NCBI RefSeq assembly: GCF_964204865.1
Contig: NC_135263.1
Coordinates: 14,384,001-14,448,000, forward strand
DNA length: 64,000 bases
Direction of reading: 5' to 3'
DNA from: Styela clava
Taxonomy: Eukaryota
Shown piece by piece: positions 53,217-64,000 of the stretch; position 1 is the first letter of the stretch, and every line of letters starts with the position of its first letter. The notes below the pieces were generated by a model. It was not told the origin of the DNA, searched no databases, and worked only from the letters and a program-made list of their open reading frames with translations. The translations under genes and the position numbers were made by a program.

Positions 53217-53774
53217 CACAAAATGCATTACAAGTGATTTAAAGTTGAACGCCGCGGTCACTTTTATACCATGCTTTAACATTTTTTACACGGGGTCACG
53301 TTTTGGATGTGCTAACCCCTCATAATCTGCTTTTCTTTTCCAATAAGGTACACGTTAACTGTAAAGTCACTCTTAAGACTATATAATTATTGCTAACGTG
53401 TGTTGATGTGATCAAAGCATTAGTCGTGTTTATGTATGCATTATATCGTTGTTTATGTCACACTGGGTAAAATAGGTTTTCAATAACTACAAGATAGCGT
53501 CTGAACTAGATTTTTCACGAATATTTATTTTCAATTCATTATATTTGCTTTTCATTTATTTAATAAAGTATATTATAATTATCCCTGTTGGTAGCTTAAG
53601 ATTGTGGCATAAAATTTCTTAACAAAGAGTACATAATTGTTGGCGCTATAACTGTTTGTTAGGTAACTTATCTTGAGCAATTACTTAATATATTATTTTT
53701 CTAAAGAAATGTTTCTGTGTGAACGATTTTTTGATGAAAAAATTTTGATAGTTGGTGTGTATCAAGCAGAGTTG

Positions 53775-54600
53775 GATCAATTACATTAATTCAGTCCAAT
53801 TACAAATACAATTACTTCGTGCAGAAAATTTCAAATTACAATTACATTTAGAATTATAACATTTTGGTTCGTATTTACATTTTCCCTTGCTCAAAAACTG
53901 TTGGATTGCACTTGATGAAGATTAGGCTGTGAAAAGTTTCTGAACCCAATAAATTTCTTCTTGCCGTATAAAAGTTACCCGCAATTGAAAAAACTCATTT
54001 TGACGGGGCTGATGTTGCTGTTAGTCTCAAATAATCCTTGGCTGAAGAAGCAAGCGTGGGAAGTTCTTCTGATTTCCTCTTCCAATACATTCATGGGTCT
54101 CCATCAAATTGCAAAATTTCTTCCTCCAAATAGCTATCTACTTCACTGTCTGATTTTCTTGGTCTTTTCTTTTTCAAATCTTCTGCCACCGCTGGGAAGA
54201 TGAAGTTTGAAAAAATGACTTGATAGGTGGTTGGCTATGATCAACCTTAGCCTTCATCGTGTTTTCCTGATGTTTTCTTTTGAAGTTTATGTATTTAGGA
54301 TATAGATGGGAAGAACATCTCTTCAAGTGCGTGATCAAGTTTGACAAAGCCTTGGTTGAGAACTTAAGTTTCTTTTTGCAGTTGTTACAGCATGCCTCAG
54401 TGCTGCTCAAAGATTTGAAAAATTCTAACAATGGTGCAGGAAGTGGTTAAACATCAGATCATTCCCAAGTATGAAATGCTGCGTTCAAAACAATATCATA
54501 TACTACTTCTAATTGTACTTCAGATTGAATTGAATAAGTTTTTTTAAAACGTTGTTTTGATCCACTGCTTATCTGTTAGCTTATTCAAGCAGCCCTGTTG
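53775..54600 (-). mobile_element. Decayed hAT transposon with BED zinc-finger remnant
   Basis: ORF 54431-54174 ACCNNCKKKLKFSTKALSNLITHLKRCSSH fits a BED finger; repeated aattac subterminal motifs at 53778-53860; boundaries approximate. Confidence 0.6.
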
Positions 54601-54971
54601 CATACTATAGCTTGCCAAAGTACAACACCGCCCGAAAAGAGAGTTGTAGTGGACCATGGTATACTATAGGCGATGAATGAGGAATACTGTAGGTGAAACT
54701 AAATTTATTTGAAAAAAATCTCTGCAGACACGGATCTCATTATACACGGAGTCCTAATTAGAATTCAAGTTTAGCACACTATTGAATGCTCCAGATATCA
54801 TGCTAAAACCAAACAAACAATGCTCAAATATAGGGATAATAATGTCAAGTGCCTGCTTTAAGAAACCAACTTGAATTGTTTTTTGCTGCTGCATGCTGAA
54901 CTGCAGTGAGATGCGACGTCAAATTTACTCAGTATAATCAGGGTTTTATTGGACACGGAGTCGACCTCCAC

Positions 54972-55935
54972 GCAGGCGTAGCCAGAATATTTTGCGCCCG
55001 GGGCAAACTATAAAATTGGCGCCCCAACCTCCACGTTTATTCATATTTTCTATTACATTTAATTGTATATGTAAAAACAATTCAAATTTTAGTGGAACAT
55101 TTTATTTAAAGAAGAAACAAAGCTATAGCATATGTCCATAATGTCCCACTCAGTTACTGTCAAAGATGATTTATATAGTCTACAATAAGTTTGGTTTTCT
55201 TGATTTCACTGTCGCAAACTGGTTTATCACCAATGTTTTTCTTTCAACACCTAAAACAGGGGTCGGCAAACTACGGCCCGTGGGCCAGATCCAGCCCGTG
55301 GAACAATATAATCCGGCCCGCGACGCTTCACTGAATTATATTAAAAAAACAACTGTATTGACGATTATATTCTTTACGTAACAGAATTTGTTTTGAGACA
55401 CTGAATTATATTATAATCTAACAAGTATATAATTCACAATCACTCGTTTAAATTGATTATAGAAGGACAAATCGCAACAAAACGTAAAAAAGTTGATGCT
55501 GAGTGCAAATGCTTTTATGGCGCAGAAAATGATCAGTCTTCGCGCGCTGCTTGTATCAACTTACATCGGAGTGCGCAGGCAAGAACTTATCGATACAGAA
55601 CTACGTAATTAACCCCGTGCATTTTGTTACCTAACGTTACCAAATCAACTTTTGCTTTGTTTTCCGGTCAGTTTTTTTGATCATGTAATTACCATGTAAA
55701 TCTGACCGTGCGCAAGCTATGTGCCTGATGACGTCGGCGGTCGACGTAAGTGGTCTGACCAAGTGTGCAATTGGCCATGTACTAAGACTAGATGTCTGCC
55801 GCCGGTGCAATCTTGCTTGTGACCGTTTTTTTAATCTTGTTGTGAAATTTCTGCAAGCCCCATTTTGGCGCCCTTGTACCTTGGCGCCCGGGGGCATATG
55901 TAGCATATGTACCCCATTGCCCCCCCCTAACCCCT
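54972..55935. mobile_element. Degenerate DNA-transposon MITE(s), with a nested Charlie-like end at ~55257
   Basis: gcgcccggggca motifs near both ends; caggggtcggcaaactacggcccg at 55257 is a typical hAT terminus; no TSD resolved. Confidence 0.45.
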
Positions 55936-56854
55936 CCCCCCCCCCAAAAAAAAAAAAGCCAAAAAGACATCTAAGCCAAAAAGACATCTAAGGCTACTTA
56001 TATTTTTCAAGCTCAAGGTTATGATCAAATACCGTATCCACCTGACTGTCGAAATTTAATTCTCCTGTGCATATCTCTTTCGTCATATCCGTTTTCCTAA
56101 ACTTTTAGAGGGAAATATTGGTAATTTGGACAAATATTTTTAAATACATAGAAAAAGGCTAATTATTAGTATTGACGAAATTCTCCGAATTCGTAAATTA
56201 GATCGATAAAAAAACCATTTTGAATTAGGCAACATGTGGCAACGAAAAATAACTGGATGTTGCAGCACGGTTTGTCAAACCGACCGCGCCGTGAGGCGCG
56301 AATAGGTAATAGTTTTCGGTGCACGTATAACGTGCGAAGTGTGGTTGGGTTGTGAAGTGCAAAAGTCGGGGTCAACAAGCCTAATAGAGAAAACCGCAAG
56401 TCCTACAGGGTCGCCCGAGGTGTCTAAAGAGAGCTGATGGTCCCCCCATTACTGAGAAAATTTTTCAGAACGATCCCGCCACGGGAAGGGCCCGAAAAAC
56501 GGCCCGAAAGCCAAAAAGTGCCTTTCTCCTTCAATGCGTTGGTCACATGACGTTCCATATAAGGTAATCCTTTGATTTCTTGCAGTTTCCCGGGGTTTCC
56601 GGGCCGCGCGAGGCGAGAGGGACTTCGCTAAAATTATTTTGAATTTTTTCAAGGCGGGGGGGTTTCCCCTCCCCGCCCCAGATAACGAGAAAGGGATTTC
56701 TTAGTTTTTTAAAACCTGGCAACACCATTTCGGCAGTCTGGTCTGTGTCGTTATCGGAAATAGGGGTTCCCGTGTAGGCAGAGGGCTCATACTTGGAAAA
56801 CGTGTATAACTAAACTAATTAACCCCTCAAAAAAAATTTGGGACGGATCCGGCC

Positions 56855-57250
56855 ACCTTGTGGTCAAATATTGAAATCGCTAAATTACGGCTTCTGCGAT
56901 AGATAGAGGCTTCAAAGTCAGTCATTGAGAAGCTCTAGTGTTACTCTTTCTTAGTTTGGGGACCCAACCGCACCCGAGCTCCCACTAGTGGTCAAATCGC
57001 GAAAATCTATATCTCGAGTTCTGCGATAGATAGAGTGTTCAAACTCGGTCAGTGGAAAGCTTAGGTGGTACTCTTTCTTAGTTTGAAGTCTCTACCGCAC
57101 ACGTGCTCCCACTAGTGGTCAAATCGCAAAAATCTTTATCTCGAGTTCTGTAGTTAGTAGATCCTGTAAACCTGGCCGACACGTTGTACTAACGACCCTA
57201 ATTCTTTATTTCATGAATTAGAGTCCTCCACACGCCCCCTAGTGGTGAAA
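56855..57250. repeat. ~127-bp tandem repeat, about 3 units
   Basis: gtggt(c/g)aaa recurs at 56860, 56988, 57115 and 57242; shared ttctgcgatagatagag and tactctttcttagtttg. Confidence 0.85.
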
Positions 57251-57454
57251 CGCCTACAGATCGATTAAACTTGGTAAACAATTCAAATTTGGGGGGCGTG
57301 CGCCGATCGAATTTCCGCTATTCGATTGGCGCGACTTACGGCGGTAATAGACACGCGAGTGCTACGTTTTTAAAAAAGCGTCGAGCGTTACAAATGTGCG
57401 CTTTAGCGCTTTTCCCCCTCGTTGGGAGGCCGAAGGCCGCACCTTTGACCACCA

Positions 57455-60400
57455 CTGGATGGGATCCGCCGTCTTTTTAAACGCAGCGATAGCTGCAACA
57501 GAAGCCAGCTACCAGCGGCCAGTGTAATTGGGTTGTCTAGTTACAGACGAGGGTCAACGCCTATGTTACGGAGAACCGCAAGTCCTAGAGACAAGCGGGA
57601 GGTGTCAAAAGATGGGGAACGGGGGCAAACTGACAAAGAAAATTTTTCAGAACGATCGGGCCAGAGGAAGTGGGCCAAAACTGGCTTTTAGTGGCCCTGG
57701 CGTGGCTACCTGTCAATCAAGCTGTCAGTCAAGTCACGCAAGAGTGATTTTGGGGTTTAGGAGCCGTTTAGCTGCGTTTCCGGGACGGGAAACGGTTTGC
57801 CAGGGCATAGGGAATTTTTCCAAACATGTTTGGGGGTGGGGGAAGTGCCCCCACCCCCCCAGTGGCGAAAAACGTTTAGAAAGCCACGCCCACTTAGGTA
57901 ATATGGTTTTTGGGCGATTAGGAGCACTTGGAATCGGTTTTCGGGCAAAGTGATGCATAAATATCGAAGGGACTAATTAATAGAATATATTACCACCCCA
58001 ACTTTGGGGATTCCCCTACACCGTAACGGTCCAGTGACTTCGGAACTTTGCGCTTAAGAATTGAGATATTGAGAAAAAAAAATACATAGGTAGGTTGGGA
58101 AAAATTGGTTTAATACTTTTTTCAAGGAATTTTTTGGCTCCCGTGCCTCCGTCACGGTCTAGTGATTTTGGCCTTTTGCCGGCTTCAGAGAGGTCATATC
58201 GAGAATCTAAAGGCATGGGCATGATCAGAAAATTTATTTCAATCACGTATCAGCGAAATTTTTTTTCTAGTAGCCTTCAGTTACGGTCCAGTGATTTTAG
58301 GCCATATCTCGAGAACGGTAATAGATAGGGGTCTAGTATTCGGGTTATAGAAGGCAGTTGGAGTCTAGTTTATGCCTATAAAATTTCGTCACGGTCGAGT
58401 GATCACAGACCTCAAAATTGATAAAAACAGACTAAAATTCAAAAACTAAAAATCGACATTGCGACAAACTATCTAATTAGCATAACAACCCTAATACTTT
58501 TTTGTCGCACTGTCGAAAATCCAACAACTAAAAATCGACATTGCGACAAACTATATAATTTGCATAACAACCCTAATCTGGTATGAAAAATTGACATTGT
58601 GACATTCTTGGACGGAAATTTCGACATTGCTACAAAATTGTCGCAATGTCGATATTTCAATCAGGAAAGTTAGAATTTTCGACAATGCGACCTATTTTGG
58701 TATTAACCGTCTATACGGAGAAAACTGTATATGTCAGGGGGGGCCGATGGCGTCGGTCGGATCACGCCGCGATCCGTCCGACGCAACGGATGGCGGCCAG
58801 AGCGTCACAGACACACCCGGCCTGGTCCAAACCAACCATTTGTGCGCCCGCGGCCCCCCTCGTCGTGTGCCGCAGGCAGACGTCTATTCTGGATGTTCTC
58901 CCGCCCACGTCCCGTGATATGGTGGCGATAGCCACAACAAAAAACAAAAGCCAGCGGCCAGAGATATTAATGGAAGGTCTATTACAGGGAGCGTTTCATC
59001 GGGGTATGTTACGGAGAACCGCAAGTCCTAGAGACAAGCGGGTGGTGTCAAAAGATAGCTGAGGGTCCCAATATACCAAAGAAAATTTTTCAGAAAAATC
59101 GGGCCAGAGGAAGTGGGCCAAATCGAGATTTTAGTGGCCCAAAAGTAAGGATGTGCGACATTGCCATTTCTAGGCTGTCAATCAGGTCACGCAACAGTGA
59201 TTTTGGGGTTTAGAAGCCGTTTAGCTGCGTTTCCGGGCCGGGAAACGGTTTGCCCGGGTATTGGGAATTTTTCCAAACGTGTTTGGGGGTGGGGGAAGTG
59301 CCCCCACCCCCCCAGTGACGAGAAAACGTGTAGAAAGCCACGCCCACTTAGGTAATATGGTTTTGTGGCGATTAGGAGCACTTGGAATCGGTTTTTTGGC
59401 AAAGTGATGCATATTTATCGAAGGGACTAATTAATAGAATATATTACCACCCCAACTTTGGGGATTCCCCTACCCCGTAACGGTCCAGTGACTTCGGAAC
59501 GTTGCGCTTGAGAATTGAGATATTGAGAAAAAAAAATACATAGGTAGGTTGAGAAAGTTTAGTTTAATACTTTTTTCAAGGAATTTTTTTGCTCCCGTGC
59601 CTCCGTCACGGTCTAGTGATTTTGGCCTTTTGCCGGCTTCAGAGAGGTCTTATCGAGAATCTAAAGGCATGGGCATGATCAAAAAACTTATTCCAATCAC
59701 GTATCAACGGAATTTTTTTTCCCGTAGGCTTCAGTTACGGTCCAGTGATTTTAGGCCATATCTCGAGAACGGTAATAGATAGGGGTCTCGTATTTGGGTT
59801 ATAGAAGGTAGTTGGAGTGTAGTTTATGCCTATGAAATTTCGTCACGGTCGAGTGATCACAGACCCTAAAATTGATAAAAACAGACTAAAATTAAGAAAC
59901 TAAAAATCGACATTGCGACGGATAAAACTGTCTATGTCAGGGGGCGCAAATGGCGTCGGTCGGATCACGCCGCGATCCGTCCGACGCAACGGATGGCGGC
60001 CCGAGCGTCGTAGACAAAACCGGCTAGGTCCAAACCAACTATTTGTGCGCCCGCGGCCCCCCTCGTCGTGTGCCGCAGGCAGACGTTTATTCTGGATGCT
60101 ACCCCGCCACGTCTCGTGATGGGTGGCGATAGCCACAACAAAAATCAAAAGCCAGCGGCCAGAGATATTAATGGAAGGTCAATCACAGACTCCGATCCAA
60201 CAGGGTATGTTACGGAGAACCGCAAGTCCTAGAGACAAGCGGGCGGTGTCAAAAGATAGCTGAGGGTCCCGATATTCCAAAGAAAATTTTTCAGAAAAAT
60301 CGGGCCAGAGGAAGTGGGCCAAATCGAGATTTTAGTGGCCCAAATGTAAGGATGTGCGACATTGACATTTCTAGGCTGTCAATCAGGTCACGCAATAGTG

Positions 60401-63400
60401 ATTTTGGGGTTTAGGAGCCGTTTAGCTGCGTTTCCGGGCCGGGAAACGGTTTGCCCGGGTATTGGGAATTTTTCCAAACATGTTTGGGGGTGGGGGAAGT
60501 GCCCCCACCCCCCCAGTGACGAAAAAACGTGTAGAAAGCCACGCCCACTTAGGTAATATGGTTTTTGGGCGATTAGGAGCACTTGGAATCGGTTTTTAGG
60601 CAAAGTGATGTATAAATATGGAAGGGACTAATTAATAGAATATATTACCACCCGAACTTTGGGGATTCCCCTTCCCCGTAACGGTCCAGTGAGCTCGGAA
60701 TGTTGCGCTTGAGATTTGAGTTATTGGGAAAAAAAAATACATAGGTAGGTTGAGAAAGTTTAGTTTAATACTTTTTTCAAGAAATTTTTTTGCTCCCGTG
60801 CCTCCGTCACGGTCTAGTGATTTTGGTCTTTTGCCGGCTAATGAAGGGTTTTATCGAGAATCTAAAGGCATAGGCATGATCAGAAAAATTATTCCAATCA
60901 CGTATCAGCGGAATTTTTTTTCCCGTAGGCTTCAGTTACGGTCCAGTGATTTTAGGCCATATCTCGAGAACGGTAATAGATAGGGGTCTCGTATTTGGGT
61001 TATAGAAGGTAGTTGGAGTGTAGTTCATGCCTATGAAATTTCGTCACGGTCGAGTGATCACAGACCCTAAAATTGGTAAAAACAGACTAAAATTCAGAAA
61101 CTAAAAATCGACATTGCGACAAACTATCTAATAAGCATAACAACCCTAATACTTTTTTGTCGCACTGTCGAAAATTCAACAACTAAAAATCGACATTGCG
61201 ACAAACTATATAATTTGCATAACAACCCTAATCTGGTATGAAAAATTGACAATGTGACATTCTTAGACGGAAAATTCGACATTGCTACAAAATTGTCGCA
61301 ATGTCGAAATTTCAATCAGGAAAGATAGAATTTTGGACAATGCGACCTATTTTGGTATGAACCGTCCATACGGATAAAACTGTTTATGTCAGGGGGAGCC
61401 GATGGCGTCGGTCGGATCTTGCCGCGATCCGTCCGACGCAACAGATGGCGGCCCGAGCGTCGTAGACAAAACCGTCATGGTCCCAACCCACCGTTTGTGC
61501 GCCCGCGGCCCCCCTCGTCGTGTGCCGCAGGCAGACGTTTTCTCCTGGATGGGATCCGCCGTCTTTTTAATCGCAGCGATAGCTGCAACAGAAACCAGGC
61601 ACCAGCGGCCTGAAGTTATATTGGGTAGTAAAAGACTCGGGCCTCCAACGGCTATGTTACGGAGAACCGCAAGTCCGAGAGACAAGCGGGTGGTGTCAAA
61701 AGATGGGGAACGGGGGCAAACTAACAAAGAAAATTTTTCAGAACGATCGGGCCAGAGGAAGTGGGCCAAAATTGGCTTTTAGTGGCCCTGGCGTGGCTAC
61801 CTGTCAATCAAGCTGTCAGTCAAGTCACGCAAGAGTGATTTTGGGGTTTAGAAGCCGTTTGGCTGCGTTTCCGGGCCGGGAAATGGTTTGCCAGGGCGTA
61901 GGGAATTTTTCCAAACATGTTTGGGGTGGGGGAAGTGCCCCCACCCCCCCAGTGGCGAAAAAACGTTTAGAAAGCCACGCCCACTTAGGTAATATGGTTT
62001 TTGGGCGATTAGGAGCACTTGGAATCGGTTTTCGGGCAAAGTGATGCATAAATATCGAAGGGACTAATTAATAGAATATATTACCACCCCAACTTTGGGG
62101 ATTCCCCTACCCCGTAACGGTCCAGTGACTTCGGAACGTTGCGCTTAAGAATTGAGATATTCGGAAAAAAAAATACGTAGGTAGGTTGGGAAAAATTGGT
62201 TTAATACTTTTTTCAAGGAATTTTTTGGCTCATGTGCCTCCGTCACGGTCTAGTGATTTTGGCCTTTTGCCGGCTTCAGAGAGGTCATATCGAGAATCTA
62301 AAGGCATGGGCATGATCAAAAAAATTATTTCAATCACGTATCAGCGAAAATTTTTTTCTAGTAGCCTTCAGTTACGGTCCAGTGATTTTAGGCCATATCT
62401 CGAGAACGGTAATAGATAGGGGTCTCGTATTTGGGTTATAGAAGGCAGTTAGAGTCTAGTTTATGCCTATGAAATTTCGTCACGATCGAGTGATCACAGA
62501 CCTCAAAATTGATAAAAACAGACTAAAACTCAACAACTAAAAATCGACATTGCGACAAACTATATAATTTGCACAACAACCCTAATCTGGTATGAAAAAT
62601 TGACATTGTGACATTCTTGGACGGAAATTTCGACATTGCTACAAAATTGTCGCACTGTCGATATTCCAATCAGGAAAGTTAGAATTTTCGACAATGCAAC
62701 CTATTTTGGTATTAACCGTCTATACGGAGAAAACTGTGTATGTCAGGGGGGGCCGATGGCGTCGGTCGGATCACGCCGCGATCCGTCCGACGCAACGGAT
62801 GGCGGCCAGAGCGTCACGGGCATACCCGGCCTGGTCCGAACCAACCGTTTGAGCGCCCGCGGCCCCCCTCGTCGTGTGCCGCAGGCAGACGTCTACCCTG
62901 GATGGGATCCCGCCGTCTTTTTAATCGTGGCGATAGCCACAACAGAAACCAGGCACCACGGGCCAGGACATTGATATGAAGTATAGTGATAATTGGGGTG
63001 CAAAAGGTATGTTACGGAGAACGGGAAGTGGCAGAGACAAGCGGGAGGTGTCAAAAGACAGCTGAAGGTACCCCGATCAGCAGAGAAATTTTTCAGAAAA
63101 ATCGGGCCAGAGGAAAGGGGCCAAAACTGGATTTTAGTGGCCCAAATTTGAGGATGTGCGACATTGCCATTTTCAGGCTGTCAATCAAGACACGCAAGAG
63201 TGATTTTGGGGTTTAGAAGCCCTTTGGCTGCGTATCCGGGCCGGGAAAGGGTTTGCCCGGGCATTGGGAATTTTTCCAAACATGTTTGGGGGTGGGGGAT
63301 GTGCCCCCGCCCCCCCAGTGGTGAGAAAACGTGTGGAAAGCCACGCCCACTTAGGTAATTTGGTTTTGGGCTATTAGGAGCACTTGGAATCGGTTTTTGG

Positions 63401-64000
63401 GCAAAGTGATGCTTAAATATGGAAGGGACTAATTAATAGAAAATATTACCACCTCAACTTTGGGGATTCCCCTTCTCCGTAACGGTTCAGTGAGTTCGGA
63501 ATGTTGCGCTTAAGATTTGAGATATTGAGAAAAAAAAAGACATAGGCAGGTTGAGAAAATTTAGTTTATCACTTTTTTCAAGAAATTTTTTATCTCCGGT
63601 GCCTCCGTCACGGTCTAGTGATTTTGGCCTTTTGCCGGCTTCTGAGTGGTCCTATCAAGAATCTAAAGGTATGGGCATGATCAGAAAACTTATTCCAATC
63701 ACGTATCAGCAAAAAAATTTTTCTAGTAGCCTTCAGTAACGGTCCAGTGATTTTCTGCCATATCTCGAGAACGGTAATAGATAGGGGTCTCGTATTTGGG
63801 TTATACAAGGTAGTTAGAGTGTAGTTTATGCCTATAAAATTTCGTCACGGTCGAGTGATCACGGACCTTAAAATCGATAGAAATGGACTCCAGTCCGTAC
63901 CGTTGAAACTGTTTATGTTAGGGGGGGTCGATGGCGTCGGTCGGATCATGCCGCAATCCGTCCGACGCAACAGATGGCGGCCCGAGCGTCGTAGACACAA
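57455..64000. repeat. Tandem macro-repeat of 1.2-1.45 kb GC-richer units, continuing past the window end
   Basis: gttacggagaac recurs at 57565, 59008, 60209, 61656 and 63011 (periods 1443, 1201, 1447, 1355); a strongly diverged partial unit lies at ~56385-56830. Confidence 0.95.

Noticed and set aside
58487-58580. aaccctaa telomere-like words in the macro-repeat
   Set aside because: Isolated single copies, not (TTAGGG)n tracts.
59790-59815. gtatttgggttatagaag|gt resembling a stolidobranch spliced-leader exon plus donor
   Set aside because: Only about 12 of 18 positions match the leader as I recall it, and the donor is GC in two of five units; comparison with real SL-bearing cDNA 5' ends would be needed.
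57271-63808. Many overlapping 60-140 aa ORFs on both strands of the macro-repeat
   Set aside because: Expected in GC-richer repeats; frames shift between units; no domain or splice structure.
57455-64000. CRISPR array or rRNA/5S/tRNA gene cluster
   Set aside because: Constant parts are over 1 kb, the context is eukaryotic, there are no cas genes, and no rRNA, 5S or cloverleaf sequence is recognisable.

Overview
AT-rich animal genomic DNA with GT-AG introns; most likely a marine invertebrate chordate such as an ascidian (inferred from gene and repeat content, not proven). The ORF track only shows exon fragments, so genes were rebuilt by hand from splice sites and reading phase. (1) 1-25.2 kb: seven copies, in alternating orientation (+,-,+,-,+,-,+), of an unrecognised 3-coding-exon gene for a ~259-aa secreted protein with a signal peptide, a Cys-rich domain, a long Lys/Ser/Thr-rich basic linker and a near-invariant Phe-rich tail. 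One copy has a nonsense codon, one is mosaic, and the divergent promoters share CGTCA-N3-TGACG palindromes. (2) 26.4-35.7 kb: a 13-exon EGF + VWA-like + ZP + furin site + TM gene (~683 aa) whose ZP-C lacks the Cys5/Cys7 pair. (3) 37.8-44.1 kb: nested transposons (Mutator-like foldback holding a SINE and a Gypsy remnant split by a hAT MITE; a SPIN-like hAT; more MITEs). (4) 42.8-46.5 kb: an iodothyronine deiodinase selenoprotein gene with an in-frame TGA and a 3'UTR SECIS. (5) 47.8-53.2 kb: a 9-exon type-II membrane O-fucosyltransferase-family gene (~590 aa). (6) 56.3-64 kb: a GC-richer tandem array of 1.2-1.45 kb units, each with covarying hairpins followed by a 41-45 bp hypervariable segment. 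The best novelty candidates are this terminal array and the secreted-protein array.
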